Positions 20,031 through 30,796 of a stretch of DNA of 64,000 nucleotides are shown piece after piece. This DNA is from an uncultured bacterium. GTDB lineage: Bacteria; Hydrothermota; UBA3073; NMUJ01; CBEVQO01. The position numbers were made by a program, and so were the translations under genes. The stretch is taken from assembly GCA_965552055.1 (NCBI GenBank), contig CBEVQO010000004.1:128001-192000 (forward strand), in the 5' to 3' direction. A model generated the notes under the pieces. The model worked only from the letters and a program-made list of their open reading frames with translations. It ran no database searches and was not told where the DNA came from. How positions within the stretch are numbered: position 1 is the stretch's first letter; each line of letters begins with the position of its first letter.

Positions 20031-21286
20031 ATTTCAAAGAGGCTGTAGATTTTCTTTATTCTTTGATAAATTATGAAAGAACGGGTAAAAAAACAGAATG
20101 GAATCTCGAAGATTTTCGTGCATTCCTTGAGAAAATAGGTTCTCCACATGAGAAAGTAAAAAATCCGATTCTTGTTGCAGGTACAAAAGGAAAAGGTTCC
20201 GTTGTTGCTTTTTTATCTTCGATTTTATCTCAGAAGTATAAAGTGGGTTCCTATTATTCTCCGCATCTTGTTTCTATCCGCGAGAGGATAAAATATCAGG
20301 GTGTGGATATTTCGGAAAAAGATTTTTGTAAGTTAGTGGATAAAATAAAACCTTATGTTACCGAAAAAAGGACATTTTTTGAAGCTTTAACAGCTATTGC
20401 ATTTCTATATTTTGTTGATAAAAAAACGGATTACAATGTTATCGAAGTGGGACTCGGAGGTCGTCTTGATGCCACAAATGTTGTAAACAATAAATATTCT
20501 ATATTGACGAGAATAGGTTTTGACCATACAAGGACACTTGGAACAAATCTGGTCTCTATTGCGAAAGAGAAAGTAGCGATTCTAAAGCCCAATGGCATTT
20601 TAATATGTGAGCCACAGGCCGGTATCGTCAAAGGAGTTATTAGAAGTGCCTGTACAAAGTTAAATTGTGAGGCAATTTTTGTATCAAAAACAGAAGCTGG
20701 CATTCTCGATTTGAATGAAAAAGGGGCGAAATTTAGATACAGGGGATATGAGTTTGAAATTAAGATGACCGGGCTTCATCAAATTGTAAATGCACTCACT
20801 GCGATAAAATGTGCAGAGGCGATAGGCATTTCTTATCAGGATATACAAAAGGGTTTAAAGGAAGCTTTTATTCCGGGCAGATTTCAGGTTTTGAAAGTAA
20901 GGAAGAAGAAAGTGATTCTCGATGGTGCTCATAACGAAGATAGTTTTAAAGCACTTACTCAAACCTTGCAGGAGCTTTATGGCAGTAAGCCGAAAATTTA
21001 TTGTGTATTTGCGATAATGAAGGACAAAGATTTACACAGAATTTTGCGTCTCTATGGTAAAACTTTTTATAAAGTTTATGCTACAGAATTGGATTGTCCG
21101 CGTGCACGCAAATCATCCGAAATATGTGAAGAATTCCAGCAAATAAATGTAGAATGCGAGGCTATAGATAATCCAATAGAGGCTTTTGAAAGAGCACTTA
21201 AAGAAGCAAGCAGGGAAGATATCGTGCTTGTAACGGGTTCTTTTTATCTCATTGGCGAGGTCTTAAAATACATTCAAAATGTATGA
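20027..21286 (+). CDS. folC: Folylpolyglutamate synthase/dihydrofolate synthase
   Basis: VAGTKGKGS, SPHL, EVGLGGRLDATN, LDGAHN, GSFYLIGE. Confidence 0.93.
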   Translation: MNFKEAVDFLYSLINYERTGKKTEWNLEDFRAFLEKIGSPHEKVKNPILVAGTKGKGSVVAFLSSILSQKYKVGSYYSPHLVSIRERIKYQGVDISEKDFCKLVDKIKPYVTEKRTFFEALTAIAFLYFVDKKTDYNVIEVGLGGRLDATNVVNNKYSILTRIGFDHTRTLGTNLVSIAKEKVAILKPNGILICEPQAGIVKGVIRSACTKLNCEAIFVSKTEAGILDLNEKGAKFRYRGYEFEIKMTGLHQIVNALTAIKCAEAIGISYQDIQKGLKEAFIPGRFQVLKVRKKKVILDGAHNEDSFKALTQTLQELYGSKPKIYCVFAIMKDKDLHRILRLYGKTFYKVYATELDCPRARKSSEICEEFQQINVECEAIDNPIEAFERALKEASREDIVLVTGSFYLIGEVLKYIQNV

Positions 21287-22445
21287 TATCGTAATAAAAG
21301 GTGGAAATATTTTAACTCCTTTTGAATTTATAAAAAATGGTGTAATTGCAATTGAAGATGGAAGAATTTCTTATGTTGGTGAAGAAGATAAACCTGCTCG
21401 TAAAGTCCTTTTAGCCAGAAATAAAGTGGTGATACCTGCTTTTTGCGACCCTCATACGCATCTTGTCTTTGCAGGCGATAGAGCTGATGAATTCGAAATG
21501 AGGTTGAAAGGTGTTCCTTATATGGAAATAGCAAAAAGAGGCGGTGGTATTATGTCAACCGTCAGAAAAGTAAGAGAGACTTCAGAAGAAGATTTGTTCT
21601 TAATGGCTTTAAAAAGATTGGATTATGCTCTTTACCATGGTACAGCGACTATTGAAATTAAATCAGGATATGGGTTAAATCTCGAAGAAGAATTGAAAAT
21701 TTTAAGAGTTATAAAGAGGTTAAAAGATAATCATAGAATAAGGATTGTTTCGACTTTCCTTGGTGCTCATTTTGTGCCTCCGGAATTCGAATATTCAGAA
21801 TATGTTGACTATGTAATAGATATGATACCAAAAGTCAAAGATTTATGTGACTTTTGTGATGTTTTTTGTGAGGAAGGAGCTTTTACACCTTCTGATTCTG
21901 AGCGCATTTTAGAGGCAGGAAAAAAATATGGTTTAATGCCGAAAATACACGCTGATGAGATAAAATCTTCTGGAGGAAGTGAAGTGGCAGGTAAAGTTGG
22001 TGCCGTTTCTGCTGACCATCTTGTTTATCCCTCTGATAATGGCTTGAAACTTATGGCGCAGGCAGGAACTGTGGCTGTGTTACTTCCGGGTACTTCTCTA
22101 TTCCTTATGGAAAAAGAAACACCACCCGTTGAAAAAATGAGGTCTTTAAAAATACCCGTGGCAATAGGCACAGATTTTAATCCAGGTAGTTCACCTATTT
22201 TAAATATGCAACTAATAGTATCACTGGCATGCCTGAAATACAAATTAACACCGCAAGAAGCAATAATAAGCGCAACTTATAACGCTGCAAAAGCTTTGAA
22301 TCTCGAAAATGAAACTGGCAGTATTGAGGAAGGAAAATCTGCAGACATTTTAATAATGAAAGTAGAAAATTACAAAGAAATTCCTTACTGGATTGGCTTT
22401 GATTTAATCGAAAAGGTAATAGTGAAAGGCGAAATATGTAGATGA
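21279..22445 (+). CDS. hutI: Imidazolonepropionase
   Basis: DPHTHLVFAGDRADEF, EIKSGYGL, HADE, SADHL, TDFNPGSS. Confidence 0.95.
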   Translation: MYDIVIKGGNILTPFEFIKNGVIAIEDGRISYVGEEDKPARKVLLARNKVVIPAFCDPHTHLVFAGDRADEFEMRLKGVPYMEIAKRGGGIMSTVRKVRETSEEDLFLMALKRLDYALYHGTATIEIKSGYGLNLEEELKILRVIKRLKDNHRIRIVSTFLGAHFVPPEFEYSEYVDYVIDMIPKVKDLCDFCDVFCEEGAFTPSDSERILEAGKKYGLMPKIHADEIKSSGGSEVAGKVGAVSADHLVYPSDNGLKLMAQAGTVAVLLPGTSLFLMEKETPPVEKMRSLKIPVAIGTDFNPGSSPILNMQLIVSLACLKYKLTPQEAIISATYNAAKALNLENETGSIEEGKSADILIMKVENYKEIPYWIGFDLIEKVIVKGEICR

Positions 22446-24382
22446 TTTTACTTATTCTTTCTATTTCTTTTAAGACTTTTTTGTGTTCTAACTATATGTA
22501 TCATGCTATAAGGTCGGGAGACTCTGTTTTTATAGGCACAACAGGTGGTTTACTTATTTTTTATCCACATGAAAATTCGTTTAAAAAAATAACAATAGAT
22601 GATGGTATACTCGGTAATGATATTGTTTCGCTTGACACAGGTTGTGGTGTATGGCTTTGTTGTAAAGGTAGAGGTGTTTCATGGGTTTCTTCACAAATTA
22701 AAAATTTTACTTCGTTTCATGGTCTGATAAGTACAAATGTTACATCGATAAAATATCTGGGTGACAGTGTTTTATGTGGAACAGATATTGGCTTATGGGT
22801 GTGGTATTTAAATCGCAATGATTTTAACTGGTATAGCGATGTAAAGCCATCTTCAAATATTACCTGTCTTGCTGTTCATAAAGATAGATTATATTGTGGA
22901 ACAAAAGCGGGTCTTGGCATAAAAATAGGAGATAGATGGAAAACTTTTGAAATAGGTGAAATAAACTGCATTTATGTTCATCAAGATACTATTTATGTTG
23001 GCACCGATAAAAATCTTTATATTTTTTATGATACTACCCTTGTCTCCCAATGTGTGATAAATGTGAATAGCGATTTTAAAATAAACAATCTGTATTATGA
23101 TACCGTGCTTTATATTTGCGGTTCTACAGGTTTATATTTTTATCCTTCATTTGAAAGTGAAAGCTTATATGAGGGGTATAATATTACAGGGGTTTTTCCT
23201 TTCTCGGATACTCTTTATTTTATCACCTGGGGTAGCGGTATTTTAAAAGGAGAGAAAAAAATTTTGCCTTCAGGTTTGCCTTCGAATTTTTCGAAGTATC
23301 CCCGTGTTGATAAAAAAGGCAACTGCTGGATTGTGCATGCTGGAGGAGCAAAAGGTAAGATTACCAGAATAACTCCCGATGGTAAAGTAACTGTTTTTGA
23401 TTTCTCTTCCTATGCAAGCGGTGGAGGCTTCAATTCAATCTTCATCGATGCTCATAACAATTTGTGGGTGGGAAATTTTGATTGGGACCAAAACATAGGA
23501 CTGATAAAAATAGATACATCCTTTAATGTTACTGTGATAGAACATGGAGGAAGCAAAATAGTAAGCGATATATCTGGCAAAAATGATACTATTTATTTTA
23601 CAACATGGGAAACAGGAATTTATAAATTACTTCCTTCCGGAGAGACACAACTTCTTAACAATACGATTGCAAAACCTGTGGAAATAAGGGTTGATAAAAA
23701 TAACAGGATTTATGTAATCACTTATAGTGAAGGACTGTGGCGTATAAATCAGACAGGTGAAGTTTATCAGATACCTTTGGGTTCTTTTGTGATGACAGGC
23801 TTACTGGTAGATTCAAAAAATAGATTATGGGTGGGTACGGATAGAGGTATTTATGTTCTTGTGGATGAGATTGTTTGTGACTCATTTCCTTCTGTTGTTG
23901 GTTATGCTTTTTGTGAAGATGCTTTTGGAAATATCTGGTGTGAAGTACCAGAGAAAGGTCTATGTCAAATCGCGCCTTCGGGTGAAGTTTTTTATTATGG
24001 GCTTGACGATGGCTTTTGCAGTGTTGATATCAGTATAGAAGCAAGAGGTTTAGATTATGATCCTTATCATGGATATCTGTGGGCATGCACCCGTGATGGC
24101 GTTAGTCGAGTGGATATAGGCAAACCTTTATCTGAGATAAAAAATAAAGTCCTCGTTTTTCCAAACCCTGCAATTTCTCAAAAGGATAGAAGCGTAAATT
24201 TTCTTCATAAAAGTTTAAAAGGCGTAAAAATATTTACATTAAGCGGCAGAAAAGTATGTGAAATAAAAGCAGAAGATTCGAGAGCCGTTTGGGATATTAC
24301 AAAGGTTTCTTCGGGTGTTTATATTTACATCGCTTACACGGAAGACGGAGTATTTAAAGGTAAAATTTTTGTTGTTCGATAA
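22442..24382 (+). CDS. PorZ-like beta-propeller protein with T9SS-like C-terminal domain
   Basis: Repeated D-x-x-N-x-LW-VG blades; C-terminal VFPNP...IFTLSGRKV...WD...SSGVY...GKIFVVR. Confidence 0.7.
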   Translation: MILLILSISFKTFLCSNYMYHAIRSGDSVFIGTTGGLLIFYPHENSFKKITIDDGILGNDIVSLDTGCGVWLCCKGRGVSWVSSQIKNFTSFHGLISTNVTSIKYLGDSVLCGTDIGLWVWYLNRNDFNWYSDVKPSSNITCLAVHKDRLYCGTKAGLGIKIGDRWKTFEIGEINCIYVHQDTIYVGTDKNLYIFYDTTLVSQCVINVNSDFKINNLYYDTVLYICGSTGLYFYPSFESESLYEGYNITGVFPFSDTLYFITWGSGILKGEKKILPSGLPSNFSKYPRVDKKGNCWIVHAGGAKGKITRITPDGKVTVFDFSSYASGGGFNSIFIDAHNNLWVGNFDWDQNIGLIKIDTSFNVTVIEHGGSKIVSDISGKNDTIYFTTWETGIYKLLPSGETQLLNNTIAKPVEIRVDKNNRIYVITYSEGLWRINQTGEVYQIPLGSFVMTGLLVDSKNRLWVGTDRGIYVLVDEIVCDSFPSVVGYAFCEDAFGNIWCEVPEKGLCQIAPSGEVFYYGLDDGFCSVDISIEARGLDYDPYHGYLWACTRDGVSRVDIGKPLSEIKNKVLVFPNPAISQKDRSVNFLHKSLKGVKIFTLSGRKVCEIKAEDSRAVWDITKVSSGVYIYIAYTEDGVFKGKIFVVR

Positions 24383-25395
24383 AACAAAGATAAAGATTCA
24401 AAAAAGGGCGCCTGTATCCATCTTATATAAGGCGTTTTTATCGTGAAAAATTTGTATTTTCTGTAATAAAAATATCCTTTTTCATTCCAGAAATTCTCAA
24501 TGGAAAACTTTACAATTTTTTCTGCTTTTTCTATTTTTGAGAACAAAGTAAATGCATAAATTGCTTGCGAAAGTGTTTGTCCATCAATTGGATAAAATCT
24601 CAGGTTGGTATATTTTGGTAAATCGTTTAAAAATAAATTTTTTGAATAATAATCAAAAAGTGAAAACATTCTTTCTTTTATTTTTTCATCTTTTTTGATT
24701 TTCCAAATTTCGAAAAGATTTCTCAAATTAAATGCAGTATGCAGGTGGTCAATTTCTTTTGTTTTTATTTCTTCAGCCCAGTAATAAAAAGAGCCATCTT
24801 TATTCTGTTTTTCGAAAATATAGTTTAATATTTTGTCACAGATTTCTTCATATCCGCATCTTAAAAAAAAGTTTGCAAGGAATAAATTTGAATTTATGAT
24901 ACATGCATAATCCACAGGAGTATAGCTGATGCAAATTTTATTTTTACCTTTTTTTATGATTTTGAAATTTTGCAGGATATAGTTTGCTGTTTTCTTAGCC
25001 ATTATTTTATAAATTTCTTTTTTTGTTGTGTTATACAACTCTATGAGTGCTATTCCGCAAATAGCAGAGCATGTGGCATCGGGTGTCCATTCACTTATCA
25101 GCCATTTTTCATCGCAAATCCACTTAAAGCCTTCCCCATATCCGCCATTGGAATCTTTTAGATAATTAGCAATGTTTTCTGCTTCTTTAATTTTATTTAG
25201 GAAAAGTAATCCACGTATTATTTGAGCAATTGCTTGATTTGAACGGATTTTTTTTGAATTAAATAAAGGTCTTAAAAAATAAGGAAATAATTCTTTAATT
25301 TTGATAAAAGATAGTGTATCAAAAGGGTCAAGACTAAAAAAGTGATTTTTTTGCATCCAGTTAAACAATTTCCTTAGAATTTCTTCAATTTTCAT
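24334..25395 (-). CDS. Putative (alpha/alpha)-barrel protein of polysaccharide loci
   Basis: DPFD, ISYTP, QNKDGSFYY, IDHLHTAF, GYFYYR, YIRW; paralog at 59513. Confidence 0.6.
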   Translation of the reverse strand: MKIEEILRKLFNWMQKNHFFSLDPFDTLSFIKIKELFPYFLRPLFNSKKIRSNQAIAQIIRGLLFLNKIKEAENIANYLKDSNGGYGEGFKWICDEKWLISEWTPDATCSAICGIALIELYNTTKKEIYKIMAKKTANYILQNFKIIKKGKNKICISYTPVDYACIINSNLFLANFFLRCGYEEICDKILNYIFEKQNKDGSFYYWAEEIKTKEIDHLHTAFNLRNLFEIWKIKKDEKIKERMFSLFDYYSKNLFLNDLPKYTNLRFYPIDGQTLSQAIYAFTLFSKIEKAEKIVKFSIENFWNEKGYFYYRKYKFFTIKTPYIRWIQAPFFESLSLFYRTTKILPLNTPSSV

Positions 25396-25991
25396 TGTCT
25401 TTTTGTAATTATTAGATAAGTTCCTTCAAAAGAAGATATAAGTTTCCATTCACTCATAAAACCATTTTCTTTTAAAAGTTTTAAGTAATCTTGTGGTTTA
25501 AAGAGGAAAACAGGTTTTTGCCACAATAATAAAGAGGTTTTTGCTACTATTTTTGCAAATAAAGTGGGGGCTTGCACTTTGATTAAGGCTATACCATCTT
25601 TTTTCAATATTTCCTTTAAATGCATTATGATATCTTTTGCTCTTTCATATTCTGCCATCAATAATAATATATTTTCAAATTTTTCGTTTATTTCGAAGAA
25701 ATTCTTTTTTATGAATTTGGCATTTTTAAATCTTTTTCTGGCAAATTTTATCATTTTGTTATCTACATCGAAAAAAGTGATGTTATGATTTTTTATTATC
25801 TTTACAAGATAGGGAAAGATATAACCCGTACTGGAGCCGACAACGCAAAGTTCTTTGGGATTAATTTCTTTTAGCGCTTTGATTATTATTTTGGTTGATT
25901 TTTGGCGAAAAAGTAAAAGGGGAGGAAGTTTAAAAGAAAATTCATAAAGCCAGAGAGGTACCCATAATTTTATTTTACCGAGTTTTGACAT
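25392..25991 (-). CDS. Class I SAM-dependent methyltransferase-like protein
   Basis: Degenerate motif I VVGSSTG, FDVDNKMI, LKKDG. Confidence 0.6.
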   Translation of the reverse strand: MSKLGKIKLWVPLWLYEFSFKLPPLLLFRQKSTKIIIKALKEINPKELCVVGSSTGYIFPYLVKIIKNHNITFFDVDNKMIKFARKRFKNAKFIKKNFFEINEKFENILLLMAEYERAKDIIMHLKEILKKDGIALIKVQAPTLFAKIVAKTSLLLWQKPVFLFKPQDYLKLLKENGFMSEWKLISSFEGTYLIITKRQ

Positions 25992-25996
25992 CTTCA

Positions 25997-26023
25997 ATTT
26001 TAATGAAAAAAATTTTTTGTCAA
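25997..26023 (-). promoter_or_regulatory. Promoter TTGACA-N15-TAAAAT, 5 nt before ATG 25991
   Basis: Read on the reverse strand. Confidence 0.7.
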
Positions 26024-26066
26024 CAAATTCTTGACAATACAGGAAATCGATATAAATATTAGAATT

Positions 26067-28952
26067 ATGATACTGACACTATTGATTAGTTATATTTATA
26101 CATGGAAGCCGCAAATCGTAGATAATGATGGAGATTGTGGCAAATGGTGCAGTATAGCATGTGATTCCGCGGGCAATCTTTATGTTTCTTATTATAATGC
26201 AACGAAAGATTCATTATTTTATGCAAGATTTGACGGAAATAATTGGGAAAAAACAGGAATTACAAAAGGAGGAATTTTCTCTTCACTTGCTATTGACCAA
26301 AATAAAAATCCTCACATTGTATTTTATTCTTCTGATAGGAGATACCTTTTGCATACCTATTTTGATACAGTTTGGCATTTTGATACCATTGATACGGTGC
26401 TGGGTGGGTATTGTGATATTGCTTGTAGATTTGGGAAAATATTTGTCGTTTATTATGACAGTATAAATGGAGACCTTAAAGGAGCCATAATAGGGGACTC
26501 AATATCTATAGGTATTTTTGACACCACAGGTGATGTAGGTAAATGGGCTTCGGTTTCGATTCCATCAGATACTTCGCTGGCATTTGCAGTTATTTCTTAC
26601 TATAGAAAAGATAAAGGAGATTTTTTGGGTTGTTACAAAACAGCGGGAACATGGTTTAAATTACAAATAGACACTATGGGGGATGTGGGCAAGTACTCAG
26701 ATTGCGTTGTTTCTTCAAATGCCGATTATATCTATGCCTTTTTCTCTTATTTTGATGAGACAAATTCCAAATTGAAACTATTTGCATGCAGTGCTTATGT
26801 TAAAATTGATACTATTTTCCTTGGTTTCGTTGATACATCTTTATCTTCTGGTTATTACACTTCTGTTACATCTTATAAGTTATCGCCGTTTGTTAGCTAT
26901 CATCAAAAAAATAAAGGTATCCTTAAAGTTGCTTATTTTTATAACAGAAAATGGTTTATAAAGCCAGCAGACACCATAGGAATTTGTGGTTTGTATTCTT
27001 CATGTGTGAGTGACGGAAAATATGTTCATATTGTATATTATGATTCTTTGTCTAAGTCTCTAAAATATTTAAAATGCAAACCAGATTCTGTGAACAGTGT
27101 GAAGAAGATAATACCGGATACGATAAGAGTGATTTCTGAGACATTAAAAGTGTTTAAGATAATTTTTGCTTTTCCTTTATCTTTTACTTCGGTTCAAAAA
27201 GTAGAAGATTCTATTTCACTTAAGGGTACAAAATCGGGAGAGCACTCTTTAATCGAGATTAGTGTAAATGGAGAGACATTAAAAATCGTTAAGGATGATA
27301 GTTCATTCATTGAAGGAGAAACATTAACATTGTATATTCCAAAAAGCATAAAAGACATTCACGGTATGGAAATATTGAGAGAATATTATCTTCGATTTAA
27401 GGTAAAATCTTATCCACCTTATTTGCTATTTACCGAACCTTTTGATGGAGAAGGAAAAGTATCTTATGATTGTCAAAGAGTGAAAGCAGTTTTTTCTGAG
27501 AAGATGGATTCTCTGTCTATCATTAAATCGTTAAATTTGCGTCATACTTTTATAAAAGGAGAAGTTTCAGGTAATCATCAATATGACTCTATAAAGATTG
27601 CTCTTGAAACACTTTATATTTATTTGAATCCAAAAAAGAAATTTTATGAAAAAGAGAAAGTTTATTTTGTGATAGGAGCTGATGTAAGGGACTTTCACGG
27701 CATTGAAAAAGGAGTTGTAGATAGTGTTTGCTTTTATATTGAGGGTTTTCCTCCTTCACCTCCTTTGAATGTATGTGCGAATGGGACAAATCCTTCTCCG
27801 TGGACTTCAAATGGAATGTTTGTGATAACATGGGAAAATCCACCAAGAGATACATCTTATCAAAGTCCTGTAAAATATGCATTTTATAAAATAAGCAAAA
27901 GACCTGCTTTTGATTACGATACAACAGGCAAGTTTATTTCTTCTCCTTCTACTCTTTATTGTGCTCTACAGGGGATAGATACAGTTTTTGTATGGCTTGT
28001 TGATACGATGGAATGCTTGAGCTGCGATAGTTTAAGTTTAGTAATTCTTAGAGGCGATACTTTGCCTCCACTTTACCCTGAGTCTATTTATGTCAATGGA
28101 TTAGCAAAGGTAAAGGGGTGGTTCAATTTTGATACATTATGGATTAGATATAAAGAAAATCCTGTACAAACAAAATCTGATATTTCTGGCATTCGGCGTG
28201 CTTTTTATAAAATAGGGGAGCCTCCTTCGCATCCATATGATACAACAGGAAGTTCCAAGGAAAATCCTTTCCTCGTGAAAATGCCAGAAGGTGAAAGCGA
28301 ATTTTTCCTTTGGCTTCAGGATAATTCTGGAAATGTAAACCATATTAACAATAAAAATGTAAAGATAAGAGTCGATCTTACTTCTCCGGAGATAATCGAT
28401 GTTATTGCCAAAAATGTCAGAAAGGATACTTTTGAGGTTAGAGTGAGAGCAAGAGATAGATTGTCTGGAATTAATCTTATAAAGATTTACAATACACAAG
28501 GTGAGATTATAAATTCGTTGCAAGTTGTTGATACATTGATAGACACTTCATTGCGTTTTTACGCACAGGATACAACATATATTGTGAGTGTCATAGATAG
28601 TGCAGGTAATGAAAGTGAGAAAGAAAAGGTAACCATTATTCCGGAGTTTTTAACAAGACGGGAAGTCTATGCATATCCCAATCCTGCAAAAGATTATGTT
28701 TATTTTCACTTCTTATTGAATAAAGATGCCAAGGTAGTTGTAGCGGTGTACAATCTTCGGGGCTATCTTGTAAGGAAAATTGTAAAAGAAGTTCCTGGAG
28801 GAAGACCTTCTCATTTGTTACCACAGGAGCAAAGGATTAAATTATCTACTTATGGTTTACCACCCGGAGTTTATTATTATAGGTTTACAGCGATACCTGA
28901 GAATGGAGGGAGAAAAGTCTCGGTGAAAGGCAAATTTGCGATAGTGAAATGA
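26067..28952 (+). CDS. Secreted propeller/Ig-like protein with T9SS-like C-terminal domain
   Basis: D-x-x-GDVG-x-x-S repeats, Ig-like segments, YAYPNPA...VYNLRG...PGVYYY...KFAIVK. Confidence 0.75.
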   Translation: MILTLLISYIYTWKPQIVDNDGDCGKWCSIACDSAGNLYVSYYNATKDSLFYARFDGNNWEKTGITKGGIFSSLAIDQNKNPHIVFYSSDRRYLLHTYFDTVWHFDTIDTVLGGYCDIACRFGKIFVVYYDSINGDLKGAIIGDSISIGIFDTTGDVGKWASVSIPSDTSLAFAVISYYRKDKGDFLGCYKTAGTWFKLQIDTMGDVGKYSDCVVSSNADYIYAFFSYFDETNSKLKLFACSAYVKIDTIFLGFVDTSLSSGYYTSVTSYKLSPFVSYHQKNKGILKVAYFYNRKWFIKPADTIGICGLYSSCVSDGKYVHIVYYDSLSKSLKYLKCKPDSVNSVKKIIPDTIRVISETLKVFKIIFAFPLSFTSVQKVEDSISLKGTKSGEHSLIEISVNGETLKIVKDDSSFIEGETLTLYIPKSIKDIHGMEILREYYLRFKVKSYPPYLLFTEPFDGEGKVSYDCQRVKAVFSEKMDSLSIIKSLNLRHTFIKGEVSGNHQYDSIKIALETLYIYLNPKKKFYEKEKVYFVIGADVRDFHGIEKGVVDSVCFYIEGFPPSPPLNVCANGTNPSPWTSNGMFVITWENPPRDTSYQSPVKYAFYKISKRPAFDYDTTGKFISSPSTLYCALQGIDTVFVWLVDTMECLSCDSLSLVILRGDTLPPLYPESIYVNGLAKVKGWFNFDTLWIRYKENPVQTKSDISGIRRAFYKIGEPPSHPYDTTGSSKENPFLVKMPEGESEFFLWLQDNSGNVNHINNKNVKIRVDLTSPEIIDVIAKNVRKDTFEVRVRARDRLSGINLIKIYNTQGEIINSLQVVDTLIDTSLRFYAQDTTYIVSVIDSAGNESEKEKVTIIPEFLTRREVYAYPNPAKDYVYFHFLLNKDAKVVVAVYNLRGYLVRKIVKEVPGGRPSHLLPQEQRIKLSTYGLPPGVYYYRFTAIPENGGRKVSVKGKFAIVK

Positions 28953-30796
28953 TTATATTTCTGATATTACTTTTTGAAAGCGTCTATTATGGAGATGCAG
29001 CAAAATATATGGGGATGGGAGAAGTTGGAGTAGCGAGTGCTGTGGGTGTAAACGGATTTTCTCTGAATCCTGCTCTTATTTCTTATAGTAAAGGATTAGA
29101 AGTTTCTTTTACATATTATTCACTCATGCTCGGGACATTTTATTTTTCTACTTCCCTTAAGGCGGATATAAAAGACTATAAAGTTGGGATAGTGTTTAAA
29201 TCTATATCAACTGAAATAACAGGTAGAGAAGGAGTTTCGGAAGAACCTTTTAAATATTCTTTTTCTTCTTATTATACCGGGATTGGAGTTGCAAGAAAAC
29301 TTTATAATGATTTTGCCATCGGTTGTATTTTGGGTTATCCCTATGATAAGATATATGAGAAAAGTTATGCGGGCTTTGTATTGCAAAGTGGCGCATCTTA
29401 TAGATCTTATTGGCGTGGTTTTATTTATGGAGCAGGTTTAAATTTTCGTACAATTTCGCAATTTCCTTCGGGAGATTATGGATTTCATTTTTTCATGGAT
29501 GCAGAAATAGGTATATTTTTGCGCAGGAATTTTACATTAGAAATAGTATATAATCCTTTTGTGCGTAATTTATTAAAGTTAGGGATTGAATATGCTTATG
29601 AAGGTTTTTTTGTCAGGATGGGATTTCAAAATTTACCTGATAAGCGTTTATCAATTGGCTTTGGATGGAGTGGCACTCCTGTAGATATAGACTATGCCCT
29701 TATAAGGCATAGAGCATTTGATTTTATAAATGCATTAACTTTTTCATATTATCACGAAAGAATGTTGAAACAAAGAAAAGAGAGACTTGCGCGTATAGAA
29801 GAATTGCTGAGAAAGAAGGAAATGGTAACAGCCCGCTCTTGCTATGAAATAGGTATGGAATATTTTAAAAAAGGAGAATATGATCTTGCTATAAAACAAT
29901 GGGAATTGGCTTTGCTCTGGTGCCCCGATTATAGGGAAGCCAAGAAGATGATAGAAGAAGCTTGGAGAAGGAAAAGAGAACTTCGCGTGAAGGAGCATCT
30001 TCAAAAAGCTAAAAAATATTTAAGAGCGGGAAAATACATAGAAGCCATAGTAGAGAGCAAAGAAGCGCTGAAGATAGATTCGACTTGTAAATCAGCCGAT
30101 TCAATAATGAAGGTAGCGGAAAACATCCTTCAGGAAAAAATTGAGAAACTTTCGGAGATAGAAGAAAAATTATTTAGAGAAGGAGTTAATCTTTATTTGG
30201 CTGGGAATTACGATGGTGCGATTAAAAAGTGGAAAGAGGTTCTAAAAATAAATCCCGAGCATAAAGAAGCACTTCTTTACATAAAGAGAGCAAGGATAGA
30301 AAAAGAAAAGAGATTATCAATGAACCTTAATATGGCACAAAAGTATCTTGCGGAAGGAAAATGGAAACTGGCAAGGAAATATTATTTGAGAGCAAGAAAT
30401 ATTTCACCTAAAGACAAAAGAGTAAAAACATTCGCTTACAATTATAGGAAAAAACTTCGTCTTTATTTAAAGGGCCTTGAAAAAGAAGGTATATCTTTAT
30501 TTAATCAAAATAGGTTTTTAGAAGCAGAGGCTAAATTTAGAAAAATTCTGGAAATAAATCCTCAAAATGAAATTGCTTTATCTTATATTGATAAAATTAA
30601 AAAGAAGAGAATTTCATTGCGTCAAAAAGATATTCGTCAATATTATATCAATGGAATAAATGCTTATGCAAAAGATGATTTTGAAACTGCTATTTACTGG
30701 TGGAAAAAAATATTAGAAATTGACCCTGAAAATGAAAAAGCGAAACAGGCGATAAAACGGGCAGAGATGCATCTTCAAAAAATGGGTTCTTTATAG
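28949..30796 (+). CDS. PorV/FadL-like beta-barrel fused to C-terminal TPR array
   Basis: AKYMGMGE...NPAL at the N-terminus, amphipathic strands ending DIDYA, then TPRs. Confidence 0.65.
   Translation: MIIFLILLFESVYYGDAAKYMGMGEVGVASAVGVNGFSLNPALISYSKGLEVSFTYYSLMLGTFYFSTSLKADIKDYKVGIVFKSISTEITGREGVSEEPFKYSFSSYYTGIGVARKLYNDFAIGCILGYPYDKIYEKSYAGFVLQSGASYRSYWRGFIYGAGLNFRTISQFPSGDYGFHFFMDAEIGIFLRRNFTLEIVYNPFVRNLLKLGIEYAYEGFFVRMGFQNLPDKRLSIGFGWSGTPVDIDYALIRHRAFDFINALTFSYYHERMLKQRKERLARIEELLRKKEMVTARSCYEIGMEYFKKGEYDLAIKQWELALLWCPDYREAKKMIEEAWRRKRELRVKEHLQKAKKYLRAGKYIEAIVESKEALKIDSTCKSADSIMKVAENILQEKIEKLSEIEEKLFREGVNLYLAGNYDGAIKKWKEVLKINPEHKEALLYIKRARIEKEKRLSMNLNMAQKYLAEGKWKLARKYYLRARNISPKDKRVKTFAYNYRKKLRLYLKGLEKEGISLFNQNRFLEAEAKFRKILEINPQNEIALSYIDKIKKKRISLRQKDIRQYYINGINAYAKDDFETAIYWWKKILEIDPENEKAKQAIKRAEMHLQKMGSL

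Noticed and set aside
24334..24382. Convergent 3' overlaps (also 30791-30796 and 41693-41703) as antisense regulation
   Set aside because: Common in compact genomes; no further evidence in the sequence.
26031..26066. ORF-track upstream start extensions (also 17737, 35793, 51294, 60650, 14627 and the array ORFs)
   Set aside because: They overlap promoters or upstream genes; the downstream starts fit SD, overlap or promoter geometry better.
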